DNA of 58,611 bases, counting the filler, from Platydemus manokwari (lineage: Eukaryota), in NCBI GenBank assembly GCA_037951405.1. It is 5 parts of 5 records of this genome, joined end to end, with 100 filler letters (N's around TTAATTAATTAA, not from the genome) between each part and the next. Parts side by side here need not be neighbours in the genome. Positions count along the whole stretch, not along the records: positions 22,445 to 34,905 come from JBBMOY010125566.1; positions 35,006 to 45,494 come from JBBMOY011129774.1; 3 more parts are not named here. One strand, written 5' to 3'. The notes under the pieces were generated by a model, which was not told the origin of the DNA, did no database searches, and saw only the letters and a list, made by a program, of their open reading frames with translations. The first letter of the stretch is position 1. Each line of letters opens with the position of its first letter. A program made the position numbers and the translations under genes. Of the stretch, positions 24,011 through 35,931 are shown piece after piece.

Positions 24011-26157
24011 TCACCATGGTACCCGGTGTGCTGGTCAAGTAGCTGCCACGGCTAATAATCGCATTTGCGGTCTTGGTGTTGCATATCGAGCTAATGTCGG
24101 TGGAATTCGAATGCTTGATGGAGAAGTATCAGACAGCGTTGAAAGCCAATCGCTTCGACTGTTCTTTCAGCACATTGATATTTACTCAGCCAGCTGGGGA
24201 CCAGAGGACGATGGGAAAACAGTTGACGGACCCGGTGAACTGGCAAAAATAGCATTTGAGGATGGAATATTAAAGGTTATTTTGTTTAAGATATCGACAA
24301 AATAATAATTTATCTTAAATAGGGAAGAAATGGTTTGGGTTCCATCTTTGTATGGGCTAGTGGAAATGGGGGTAAAAATCGAGATAATTGTAACTGTGAT
24401 GGTTATACAAACAGCATTTTTACATTGGGAGTCAATGCAGTCTCTGAGACAGGACTTGCTCCCTGGTATGCAGAACAGTGTTCGTCTACATTAGCAGTCA
24501 CATATAGCAGTGGTGCAATTGATGAAAAAGCTATAGTTTGTGATTTTGTGATTATATTAATAGTTTATTATAAATTATGATTGAAAGTCGTTTTTCTCAT
24601 TTGTCTCCAATGTAATTAACTATAATGTAGAACTTTACATGAAGAAAAAGCTCTAATTGTTTCGATAAGTTAAGAGCTATGTATGAATTAACAGCATTAA
24701 ATTAATGAGAAGAAAAATACGAATACATGAGCTATTTATAAATCTGTTATAAAGCTGTTTATAAGGCTGTTTATAGATCACCACCGATGTCAACCACGAC
24801 TGTACAGAGCAGCATTCAGGTACTTCAGCCAGCGCTCCATTTGCTGCAGGTATATGCGCACTTGCGTTATCAGCCAACAGATTCCTTACTTGGCGAGATA
24901 TGCAACATCTTGTTGTTGTCACTGCTCGTAAAGCTAATCTGAAAGCTTTAGATTGGAGTACCAATGCTGCTGGAAAAGAATATTCTCATTCCTTCGGGTA
25001 AAATCTAGTATTTTCATAAACCTAATTTTTCCTCACATAGGTTTGGACTTATGGATGCTGGTGCTATGGTTGATTTGGCACTGAACTGGACAACCGTTCC
25101 CGAACAACATATCTGTCACATGGTGGCTCCTATGCAGGGTGGTCCTATAGGTCTTAAGCCTTATGCAAACGAGGTTTTATCAATCACGACAGATGCTTGC
25201 ACAGATGATCCCAAGAGAAGAGTGAGATATCTGGAACATGTTCAAGCTAAGGTGAATTTCTGAATCAATCACTAAATGGATATTCATGAAGTTTAGATTA
25301 CCCTACGTAGTTCTAAGCGAGGAGAAGTTGAATTATGGCTTATATCTCCGAGTAGATCTACCAGTAAATTACTTACAAAAAGGCCTAATGATGTCGCCAG
25401 TGCTGGGTTTCATCATTGGCCATTTATGTCTGTCCACTTTTGGGGAGAGGAAGCTCCAGGAACCTGGAAATTGACCATTTATTCATATGAAGCTGAAGGT
25501 TGGTGCTCTAATTTACCAGTGAAAATTATTAGCACTCAAAATTTTGTAAATCTAAACATAAAGACATGAAAGTTGTGAGGGATTCCTTCATATGACATCA
25601 AAATGTAATCACAAAGGGTTTCCCCTATCAATAGTGAATGGATGAGAAATGAATCCATCACGAATTCACCAATGGGCAAATTATTAAGTGGATTCTAGGT
25701 TTTGTAGGATACTGATGAGAAGTAGAACAATTTATTTGAATTGGCTTAGCCAACTAGACCTTATAATCCTCACAAATATCATGACATCTTTAAGTGATAT
25801 CATTATTTATATTATTTTGTTTTAATAATTATTTCTTTTCTTAATGTTTACAAAATCTCATAACGTTATTTGTTAATCAAAGTGACTCTAATCAATTGGT
25901 CTCTGATTCTCTATGGTACTGATACCTTGCCAACCTATCGCCAAAACAGTTCCCATTCAAGATTGCATATCCCAAAGCGAGAAAGAGTTCGTCGACCACC
26001 AAAGAACGTTCCATATACCAACAGAAATGTCAAAATCGATCCGAATCATATCAAAGCCCAAGAATTTCATTTCGTTCCACCTAAAAAATATTCTACATTT
26101 TTAACTTTCTCCTACAAATTACTAATAATCAGTATCTCACTAGTTTTCTATAGATAG
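24011..26157 (+). CDS. Furin/kexin-like proprotein convertase (S8 + P domain), 3' portion; exons 24011-24275, 24323-24535, 24777-24997, 25041-25251, 25297-25498, 25883-26157
   Basis: Catalytic His (HGTRCAG), [16 protein letters not shown], oxyanion Asn (WASGNGG), catalytic Ser (HSGTSASAP), [10 protein letters not shown] domain ([25 protein letters not shown]). All junctions are GT-AG and phase-compatible. Confidence 0.93.
25702..25767 (+). ncRNA. Candidate type I hammerhead ribozyme variant in the last furin intron
   Basis: CUGAUGA at 25712-25718; stem II (G)AAGUAGA-ACAA-UUUAUUU; GAA 25738-25740; stem III UUGGC-UUA-GCCAA; C17 at 25754; stem I with internal loop (ttgtagg-a-ta / ta-ga-ccttataa). 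Non-canonical U15.1-A16.1. Confidence 0.5.
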
Positions 26158-28557
26158 TTTTTATTTTTTTTTCCGAATGAATCCAATATGTGTTGTTCTA
26201 GTCCATGTGTTATTGCTCTTTTAGTAGTCTTGGAAAATGTAATCCACTACGATCACAGTGTAAGATAGCCATATCATCTGGGAAAACTCAACTGAAGCTC
26301 ATCTGTTGTAAATATGTGACCATGTTGATGAGAAACGTATTTTTTATCATCATCCGTTATCAGTCTCTAGCTAACCTCCTCTGGATCACACACTGTTTTA
26401 TATCTGTGTTATTTGATCTATGTTTTTTTTGTACTCCTACCTCAAAGAAGAGTTACTGATTTACAATTTATGTATGGATATTTACAATTCGAAAATATAT
26501 GTTTTTTAATATCGTTAGATATTGCCAGATTTTTTTTTAATGATATACTTTGTATGCCAATAAATATTTTTCAAATTCAGAAAAATGCTGCCTTGTTTTG
26601 ACACAATCTGATAAATTCCCATATAGAATCAATTTAGATTATCTATCTTTTTATCTCGTTTCCATAGAGGAACTATTCACCTTTTGCAGTAGTTTATTTC
26701 GACGAAAATCTGTATTATATTATATTGGACGGGTTTTTTGGAAAACTATCTCATGACCGAATCCGACTGGCAAAATTTGCTGGATGATTTTTTCTCAGTG
26801 TGCATGGCGCATGCAAATCGTTGTATGTATGCTAAAATTAGTTGGTATAATTTTTTTTGAATTTAGATTTTCAAAATCAGGCAAATTATTTTTGGCATAC
26901 GTGTTCCCCCTTAATTTTGCCGAAGGGTAATCTGATAAAATCGAATAGAAAGATTAGGAATAAAAAGTTTTTTATCTGGAAAGAAAAATATTGAAAATTA
27001 TAATTCTATAAATGGTAAATTATTCAAATATATTTAATTTCCATTTCCATTTCATTGATAACGAAATCAGAAATATTCTGATATCACTGAAGATGGCGCA
27101 TCGTGCTATTTTTGGAGAAATAGAGAATTATATTCGATAAAAATTTTTTTCGTCAATTTAATTTGTAGGCCATTCTAAAATTGAAAATTGAGAAAACCGT
27201 TGTTATAATATTATTAATGGAATTAACTATGGAATTGATTTTGGATTTAAATCACAATTCCGGATCGAAATTTATGAGAATGTTCATTCAGCGATACATT
27301 TTCCATTTATGTGTTTAATAAGACAAAATCTCACTGTTCTCAATGACATAATCCTATATTTTGAGTCGTAAAATTCACAGAAAAATCACAGAAATCATAT
27401 GAAATGACTCTTAATCCCTAAATCAAGTGCTATTGACAGTTTCTGATGTTGAGGCAAACTCAGAAAAAGATAGATTTCATTATTCGATTAATTTTACATT
27501 CACTCTGACTTTATCGGTTGTAAATTTGTTTTATTAGAGGAAATTATCGACAAAGTTTAGGTGTAAACAGTGAAATATTGTCAATGGAAAGAATTTGTTA
27601 TATATCGCAGCTTTTTCATTGTTAATTTGGAGAAAAACATCATTATAAAAATTACAATAAATATAATCCATTAGTAGTTTTGTTATACAATAAAATGTCG
27701 TGATCCCATAGAATAATTTCTCTCAAATCAGTACTAATCTAGAAACTATCCCTATCGTATAAAATAACGTTAATAATTATAATTATTGAAGTTACAATTA
27801 TCAAGAATGCCATGGTCTACTAATTATTAAAAAAAATGATGTTTTAGTATAAAACTTTATTTAAGAAAAATGAAGAAAATCGTGAACAATAAAACAACAA
27901 AAAGATTTTGTCAAATTGTGTAATACACTACGAAAGTAATAGTTTGCTGCGTGACATCAGTATATTGGATACCGGAAAAACGACTACAACGAGCGTTGAT
28001 TATAAATTAATTAAATTAAATTTACAGAGATAATGCTTATGAATGAATGCAATGATAAAATAGCCTATGATTGTGGTAGAATTGGTTCTCGCAGAAAAAT
28101 ATCGAATTCGTAGATAATTCTTCTTTAGTAAATTTCTTGTGATGTGTTTAATTTGTGGTACTATTCGTGTAATGGTGCCATTTTTTACTTTATGTTTAAA
28201 AATTATTGTGTATTTGTACAATTTTGTGTATTTTACAATTTACATGTCACTAAGATGATGTATTATTTATAAAAAATCACAATAATATGTTAATCATCAT
28301 CTTTCAAATTTGATGATCTGAATATTAAATTTTTATAACAAATAATTTTCGCTATTTACGACATTCTTAAAATAAATAAAATATAGTTTCACTTAATAAA
28401 ATGATTTTATCGATAATAATATTCCAAAGATTATTGTTCAGTTCCTCAAAATTGTTAGTCCCCGGAAATACTTCGTAATTTAAAATGATTTTATCGAAAT
28501 CCTTGAAATGAAATCCTTTTATGCTTTACCATAGTTGACACTTATAGGGCTTCTTGA

Positions 28558-28619
28558 TTGGGCCTAAAAGAAAGAGTGGATTAATGAAATTAACCACTTT
28601 AAGAAAAGCTTAGGTCCAA
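28558..28619. other. Imperfect inverted repeat / stem-loop
   Basis: ttgggcctaa...ttaggtccaa encloses aaagagtggattaat-gaa-attaaccacttt. Confidence 0.55.
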
Positions 28620-31600
28620 CCGATTAATATGCCTAACAAATTATAAGGCATGTGATTTTTAATAGGTTTCATGATACGATGGTGATAGAAATATTATGCG
28701 ATAGAAATACTTCGGAGTCTTTTTCACACTGAAACACCTGCTTTATTTGTGATGACTATCAACAAACTCTACCAAGATCTCGAAATTCTGAATCAAAGCT
28801 GTATTATTTCTACCTTGGTTTTAAATCTTTTCTTACTGGTCAAGATTGATCTCTGCTCAAACGACAAACTCTTATAGGTATTTAGCCTATTCCACAAATC
28901 ACCATTTTTGAGCAGAGCGATTATTTGGAAGCCTGAGTTAGTTAAAAAAAATCTAACTAACCAAATATCAATACAAGATTTTAGTAATAGGAATTCCACG
29001 AAGTATGAGTAATAATTCTTATAACACACCAATGCGAAAAACCCGACGATAATGATAAAAACAATTAAAACTATAAAAATGAGAACATAATATATCCCAA
29101 ATATCCGCAAGGATAAAGCCAAAATTCTTAATATGTGTCATGAGAACCCAAAATAACTTACTCTAATTAATGAGTAGAAAAGCAATGACTTAAGCAGAAC
29201 TGCGAATGGCAATATCACTGATATTTCACTAATCTTTGGAATGGTCTCAGAATTTCTTCTAAATCAAGTTCTAGAATCTTGCCTTGTGAAAGTTACAATA
29301 AATCCATGGTAATTAAATAAATATTATTTTTTTTTAATATCAATTTTAAAAATATATATATTTGATACTGTTCGATAGGAAATATTTAGTCTTTTCGAAT
29401 TTCACAGATAGAACTTCTTAACGGTACTTAAATATATTGTGATTCCATTAATTTCTATTTTTCTATTAATTTTAATTCTAATTTCCTGAATATTTTCTAC
29501 ATTTTCATGATAAAAATGAAAACAAAATAAAAAATCGATATAAACATCTCCCGATTGAGATCTGAATTGATTTTCATTCGACTAAGTGTACGCAATTTCT
29601 AAAATTTTGTCAAAACAGGAAACATTCTCATAAATAAGATATTATTCGAAAAAATATTTCGTATTTTAATTATGTTTTCATGATTTTTTAAATGAAGAAA
29701 AATATTAAAATCCTAGATTAAATCAAATTTAATTTCTAAAAAAAAGATAAAATAGTATGGGCAGTGAGGATTAGTGCTCAAATCATCAAAGTCATGGCTG
29801 TCAAGCACATAGCTCGAAGAAAACAATAGCTTATCATATAAAATAGCCATTTTATTTGTCATATTTCAAGCATCAATGTAAAACATTTCTAAAACAGTTT
29901 TATCCAATATAATTAAAGAGATATTAATTATAAAACCATTTTGACAAATTTAATGGATTTGTCAGAATATTGTTGGGCAGGTCACAAAACCACCAAAATG
30001 TTCACGGAAACCATAGAAATAACGGGCAAGGGATTGCAAATCTCACGTGTCAGTAACCAATCAAATTCTTCCCATATATTAGTCCATATTTAAAATTCGA
30101 TAATTTACTGGTGCATGCCAACAATTATCAAAAAAACATTGAGAGTCACCAATGACATGAGAGATATATGACAAATTGATAACACATCGATGTATGTACG
30201 AATTTATCAAATGAAAATCGAAGATTTGGACATCAAGTGAACATACAAAATAAGCTTATAAAAGGAGTTGGATTTCACGAGTGTGATTTTTCTGACAACC
30301 AGTCTTCTTGGTTGTCTTCTATTCTGTATTCAATTTTCGGGTGCTGATCTCATTTTGGATTATTAACTATTGTTATTGTAGTACAATTTTTAATTGTCAT
30401 TGCTGCCTATTTGAGTCTGTAATTACTTCTAGTTTAAATTATAATTTTCAGCATTTCAGAGTTGGTTAATAATCTAAGATGAATGATTGTGAATCATTTC
30501 GTGAGGAAATTTTATATTTAAATAAACTATATAAGTGTTGAAGTGAACAATTTCGAAACAGACGAAAACATTCTAATTGAAGGGATAAGTGAATTTTATG
30601 TTATAGTAATTATCAAGTAATTGAAAATGATTGGAGAATGGTCATCAGCTTACAGAATTTAAAAATAAAGAAAATTTCAATTTTCAGATTTTCAAGGTAT
30701 CAATAAAAATAGCTATAAAATGGGAAATTCGATTTCGGGAGAAAAATTTTTACTGAATCATTTCTAAATTTTCAGTAATTGAGAAATAAAGGTCTGTGTA
30801 ACTTATGCTATGAAGAAGAATTTGTGATATTTAAAGATGAGCGGAAGACGAGAAATATTGTGAATTTTGAAGATGAATTAGTAACTTCATTTGATGTTTT
30901 CGATGGCGTATCTAATGAAAAACGATATTTTTAGACTCTACAAGAAGTTTTTATCGAAAACTATCCCATCTACCTAAAGGTTCTTTGAGAGCAAAAGGAT
31001 AAAAACTTAACTTCAACCAATTTTCGCATCGATAGATATCATATATTAGATGTCTTTCAGTCCTAATGCTATCCATCATCATTCATACTATCCATTAGGT
31101 CGTTCTTTCCGTTCTTTTAATTGATTTTTTTCAAATTTTCGATTAAATATCATAATTTACATTTGTATCATAGATTTTCTCATAACAATTATAATTTGTG
31201 ATAGGGTTGGCTAACAGTACTAAAGAGCGAGGTTGCTATTTAAATATTATGGATGTATTAAATAATTTATCTACTAATCCTTTTTCTTTATTGTCCGTAT
31301 GGCTCGGAACATCAAATCAACACTCTTTTTCAGTTTTAAATCATTCTCATGATTTTAATTCGATTTCTTATAATCATTTGTAATTTATTATTCTGAGAAA
31401 TTTTTCACCATATAAACTATGTCAGGAACTTTTCCATCATTTGAAGTTTTCGTTGTGTACATGTTTGGATTGTTATGAAAAGTGTGATGAGTCTTTCGCT
31501 TTTAACCTCCCTTAATCTGAGCCCATCGGTAAAAATTGTCTGATTATATACAATTAGTTCCTCGTTATTTGAAGTAACAATTTTGACATCCCAACGGGCT

Positions 31601-34600
31601 CTATATCACTTCCCAGTATCATAACTGATCTTGATGTCGATGTATGAACCAAAACTGATTCACAAATATCTCAACAATCTTTGCTCTTAGATATTCAATG
31701 AACTCTTGGAAATTTCACTTGGGTGTTAAATGTGGGTCACGCTTTATATTTTAATTATTTTAAATATACCTAGGATTATTTAAATCAATGATTTTATCAA
31801 AGTAGTTCATAATTTTATATATCATACATCAGTAGAATAAATTTTCAATTCTGATATTAAAATTTTTTAATAAAATTACATTTTATAATTTTATTTTGAT
31901 ATTAAAATTCTTGCGTAGTTTTAACTTTCATTTGTAAAACTCAGATTTATCAGTTTTATGAGAAATATGCTGATTACATGCATAATTCAATCACCACTTG
32001 TGCTCATGATTCAGTGAATTTGATTATAGCGGCCTTATATCAGAGATAAAAACTGATTCTGATGAGTAGAAAGAATTATAAAATAATTCGTTTGCCAACG
32101 AGTTAAATGTTGGTGTAATCAATGGTTCGAAAAACAAATCAGAAACCTTAAAAAATATGAATACAATTTTAACATAATATGAAGTTGATTTTGGTGAATG
32201 AATAATTCAGTTTATATAAAATAATAATTTTCGTAATATATAATAAAAAATGTGCAAATTAATTTTTCGATTCCACTTAACCACACAAATAAATATTTAT
32301 TCTTTGTTTTGACAAATATTTCAACAAAATTGAAACTTACTAAACAAATTTTTTCTAAATATTAATTTCTAAATACTGGGACAATAAATTTTGTCAGGAA
32401 TTAAGAAATACAAGATTCAATGGCATTTTAGCCATGAGTAATAGCTACCAACTTTCATTAACACTGTTTCTTGGGCTTTTATTGTTCAATAATCGTAACG
32501 TGTTTTTAAGGCTTTTAATTATGAAATTAATTTTTCAAATTTGACTTCAATTTCAAAAATTATTGCTATGATTTTCAAGCTCCAATCAGCTTAAATATCG
32601 CTTAAAAAATTTAAGTTTTTAATATGTGGATAAGCGCGCATTTTAATTGTTCAATTTTATTCTAAACAAATCTAATACAGTAATATGAAGTAAGTTAATT
32701 TATCTAGCATTCAATAAAATAAGATAAATTTGATGTTGAAATGCAATTTTAAATACAAGGACTATATCACGTAGTAATAAATTATTATTTTAAATTTATT
32801 ATTCTTAAATGATTTTAAATCACTAATTGCTGAAATACGAAATTGTCAAAAATAATTAGAAAAGCTTCTAATTGTTTAATGTATTGATGACGACGTGACG
32901 AAACAGCCATGAAAAGAATCACAGTTAAAACCCCGAAGAGTTTCACAGGTAGCGCACACATACACAACACATTATCGATTGTTGTATACCAACAAGAAAG
33001 AACAAGCATACCAATGCATCAATGACAATGGCTTGACAGATTTTATATGATTAAAATCAATATGAATATGCAACACAGCTTATAAAAAAATCGACTCTCG
33101 ACAGAATTACCCGTCTTTAATGGTCGGCAAATATATTCAATTAAAGAAATTAAACCAAAGACAACCAATCTAAGAAACGATGCAAAAATCTCAATATAAT
33201 AAACATAACTCTGAGACAATAGTATCAATGACACAGCTTTTTGTATAACTACATCATATATATCTTTATATCCAAGTTTAACAAAATCTAAAACCAAAGT
33301 ACTGTTAGGAATCACCAAATCCGAGCTTACAGTAACCCAAACAGATAATAAAAAAAAATTTCAAATGATGATTAATTAATCTATAAATAACTAGAAATTA
33401 ACCCAAAACTAAAAATAAAAAAATAAATTACAAAAATAATATTTCATAAAAAAAGCACTACTAAAAATAACAAGAAGGATAGAAAAAGATCATAAATAGA
33501 AATAATAAATTATTAAAATAGAACAGTAAAAAAATTAGAAGGAAATTTTCCAGAAATGTATTCTTACGATTCTTTCCTAAGAAACTTTCTCATTGTAAAC
33601 TTCTATATTTTAATTAAAAAACTAAGTGCAGTCTTATAATTAAATATAAATTTTAAATTTGTCTTCATCCAAATTAAGACGTGGTTATAAAATCATATAA
33701 CAAGGCTCCTGCTGGATACTTCCCAAAAGGGTTTTTAAAACAATTACAAAACATTAACAGTATCTATGCGTATAGTAACATGCGCAGTAACAGTAACATG
33801 GGTATCTATGAACTAAATAATTTCAATAATAAATTCTCCAATTCCTGATTGTTTGTCAATAACTAATTGTGCTTATTTCATTGATGATATTAATTTATTC
33901 CAATATTTAAATATATTTAATTTAATTTTGATTAACTTTCTTCCACTTATTTCCTTTATTATAATTATTTATTTTTATGATAAATTCATTTTAATTTATC
34001 TTTCATTCTTTTTAATTTATTTCTTTTATTATCATGAACTCTTTCGCAAAAATATTTCAGTTGCTTAACAAATATTATGATTAATATTTTAAGAAGTAAA
34101 TAAAATTAAAATATTAAACTAAAATTTAAAATATTAATTACGTTATATCCATAATTACAAATATTAAATATTTGGAACGTTCTAAAAGAAATTGTCATAA
34201 TAAAAAACAAAACAAAGAATTAATGGAATTGTCAAATATAATTTGTCGGTTCACTAAAATTGATTAAGATGGTTTATTAGTTAATGAATTATTTACAAGC
34301 GAATTATTTAGTTGATTAAAAATAATAACTGAACGATATCGAAAATCTAAAAATTGGTTTATACGCTATTTCTGAACAGATGACAGAATTCAATTTCTAT
34401 GATTTATTATCCACAAAACTATGCCGGGAATTTATCTGATATGCTTTCAGAAAAATAATGCGATGAGAGGACTCTTGAAACTGGCTTGCTATTATTAATG
34501 ATAGATTGGATGCTATTGGAATATGCTTCAGCATTCTTTATAGCACAAGCGTGCTTATTTGAAGATCTAGATCTGTGTCCTTCGGAATTAAAATTTTACT

Positions 34601-34828
34601 GCTTCAATGTATGACACTCAATGTCCAAATAAAAAGTCAAATAATATTAATACGAAAATAAATTTACAATTACAATAATTTTTTTAAAATAATTAAAAAA
34701 TGGAAATTCTATTCGGTTAGAGGTAGTAACCAATGCGTTACATCAAATGGTTCCATGTCACAGAGAAAACAAGGAAATAACAATTATTTATAATAATATA
34801 TAATTCACGGTTCTCGTAAATAATTAAA

Positions 34829-34862
<34 letters not shown>

Positions 34863-35931
34863 TTAACACCAATAATAATATATACTGAATAATTTGAATG
34901 AGCTTNNNNNNNNNNNNNNNNNNNNNNNNNNNNNNNNNNNNNNNNNNNNTTAATTAATTAANNNNNNNNNNNNNNNNNNNNNNNNNNNNNNNNNNNNNNN
35001 NNNNNGTTTAAATGATTTGGTAAAACAAAAACTTTAAACAACTAAAAAACATGAATAACTTTTGACTCAGCCTAATATATCACCAAATATATTATCATGA
35101 ATATATTTCGAGAATATTATTCTTGGTGTCCATTTAGTTCATTGTCCGTGAATATATTTGAGAGATTAAAATAGTTCGCATTTCACATCCAGCCGGATAA
35201 GAATAAATCATTGGAATAAATAAATTTTCTGACGTCTATAAATTTTCATAAGACTTCCATTGATGGATAAACGATTTTGTTGTTTTTTCTCATTGACGTT
35301 TATTGATTGTGAATTGGAGTAAACCAAATTTGAATTTCATTGGTTTTTGTCTTTGAATCAGAGGAACATTTTGTCCGGCTTGTTATTAATTTTCGCTTAT
35401 ATTTTTGGCACACATCACCAACAAGTAATTGCATAACAAGTCCCTTATCATTATATTCATTAAATTAATTACAATAATAACAATATCAATAAACACTAGT
35501 CAATGTTATCATATTAAAATATATATACCAAATCTAAATCGAAGAAAACTCGACATAATAATCAATATTCCAACTCATCTAACCAATTAATTTGCACTCA
35601 ACACGCTCATAATACATTTGATAATGATTATTTTTGAACTCTTTTGATCATATCTCGTGATTATAAAAATATTCATATCAATTATTGATCGATATTAATA
35701 TCTAATATATTGATAATATTGATTAATTAATTATTTTTATGATAAAGTTTTAAATATTTACTGAATTGGCATGAGTGTGTGTGTGTGATGATATCGCCAG
35801 TGTGTGTGTGCGAGAGAGGGTGCTATTTATTATCTATGTAAAATGATAAAACTCGTTTAATGATAGCGATAAGATGACAACGCTACTACAATTAATAATG
35901 ATCATTTTGTATTGATATTTTATTAAACATA

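Noticed and set aside
24677-24964. 95-aa minus-strand ORF
   Set aside because: Antisense shadow of the furin catalytic-Ser exon.
28793-29310. Hydrophobic minus-strand frame (membrane protein exon or NUMT)
   Set aside because: In-frame TGA codons and no diagnostic motif; cannot be assigned.
30780-30920. EDELVTSFDV resembling a Penelope RT motif
   Set aside because: A single short motif with no supporting domains nearby.
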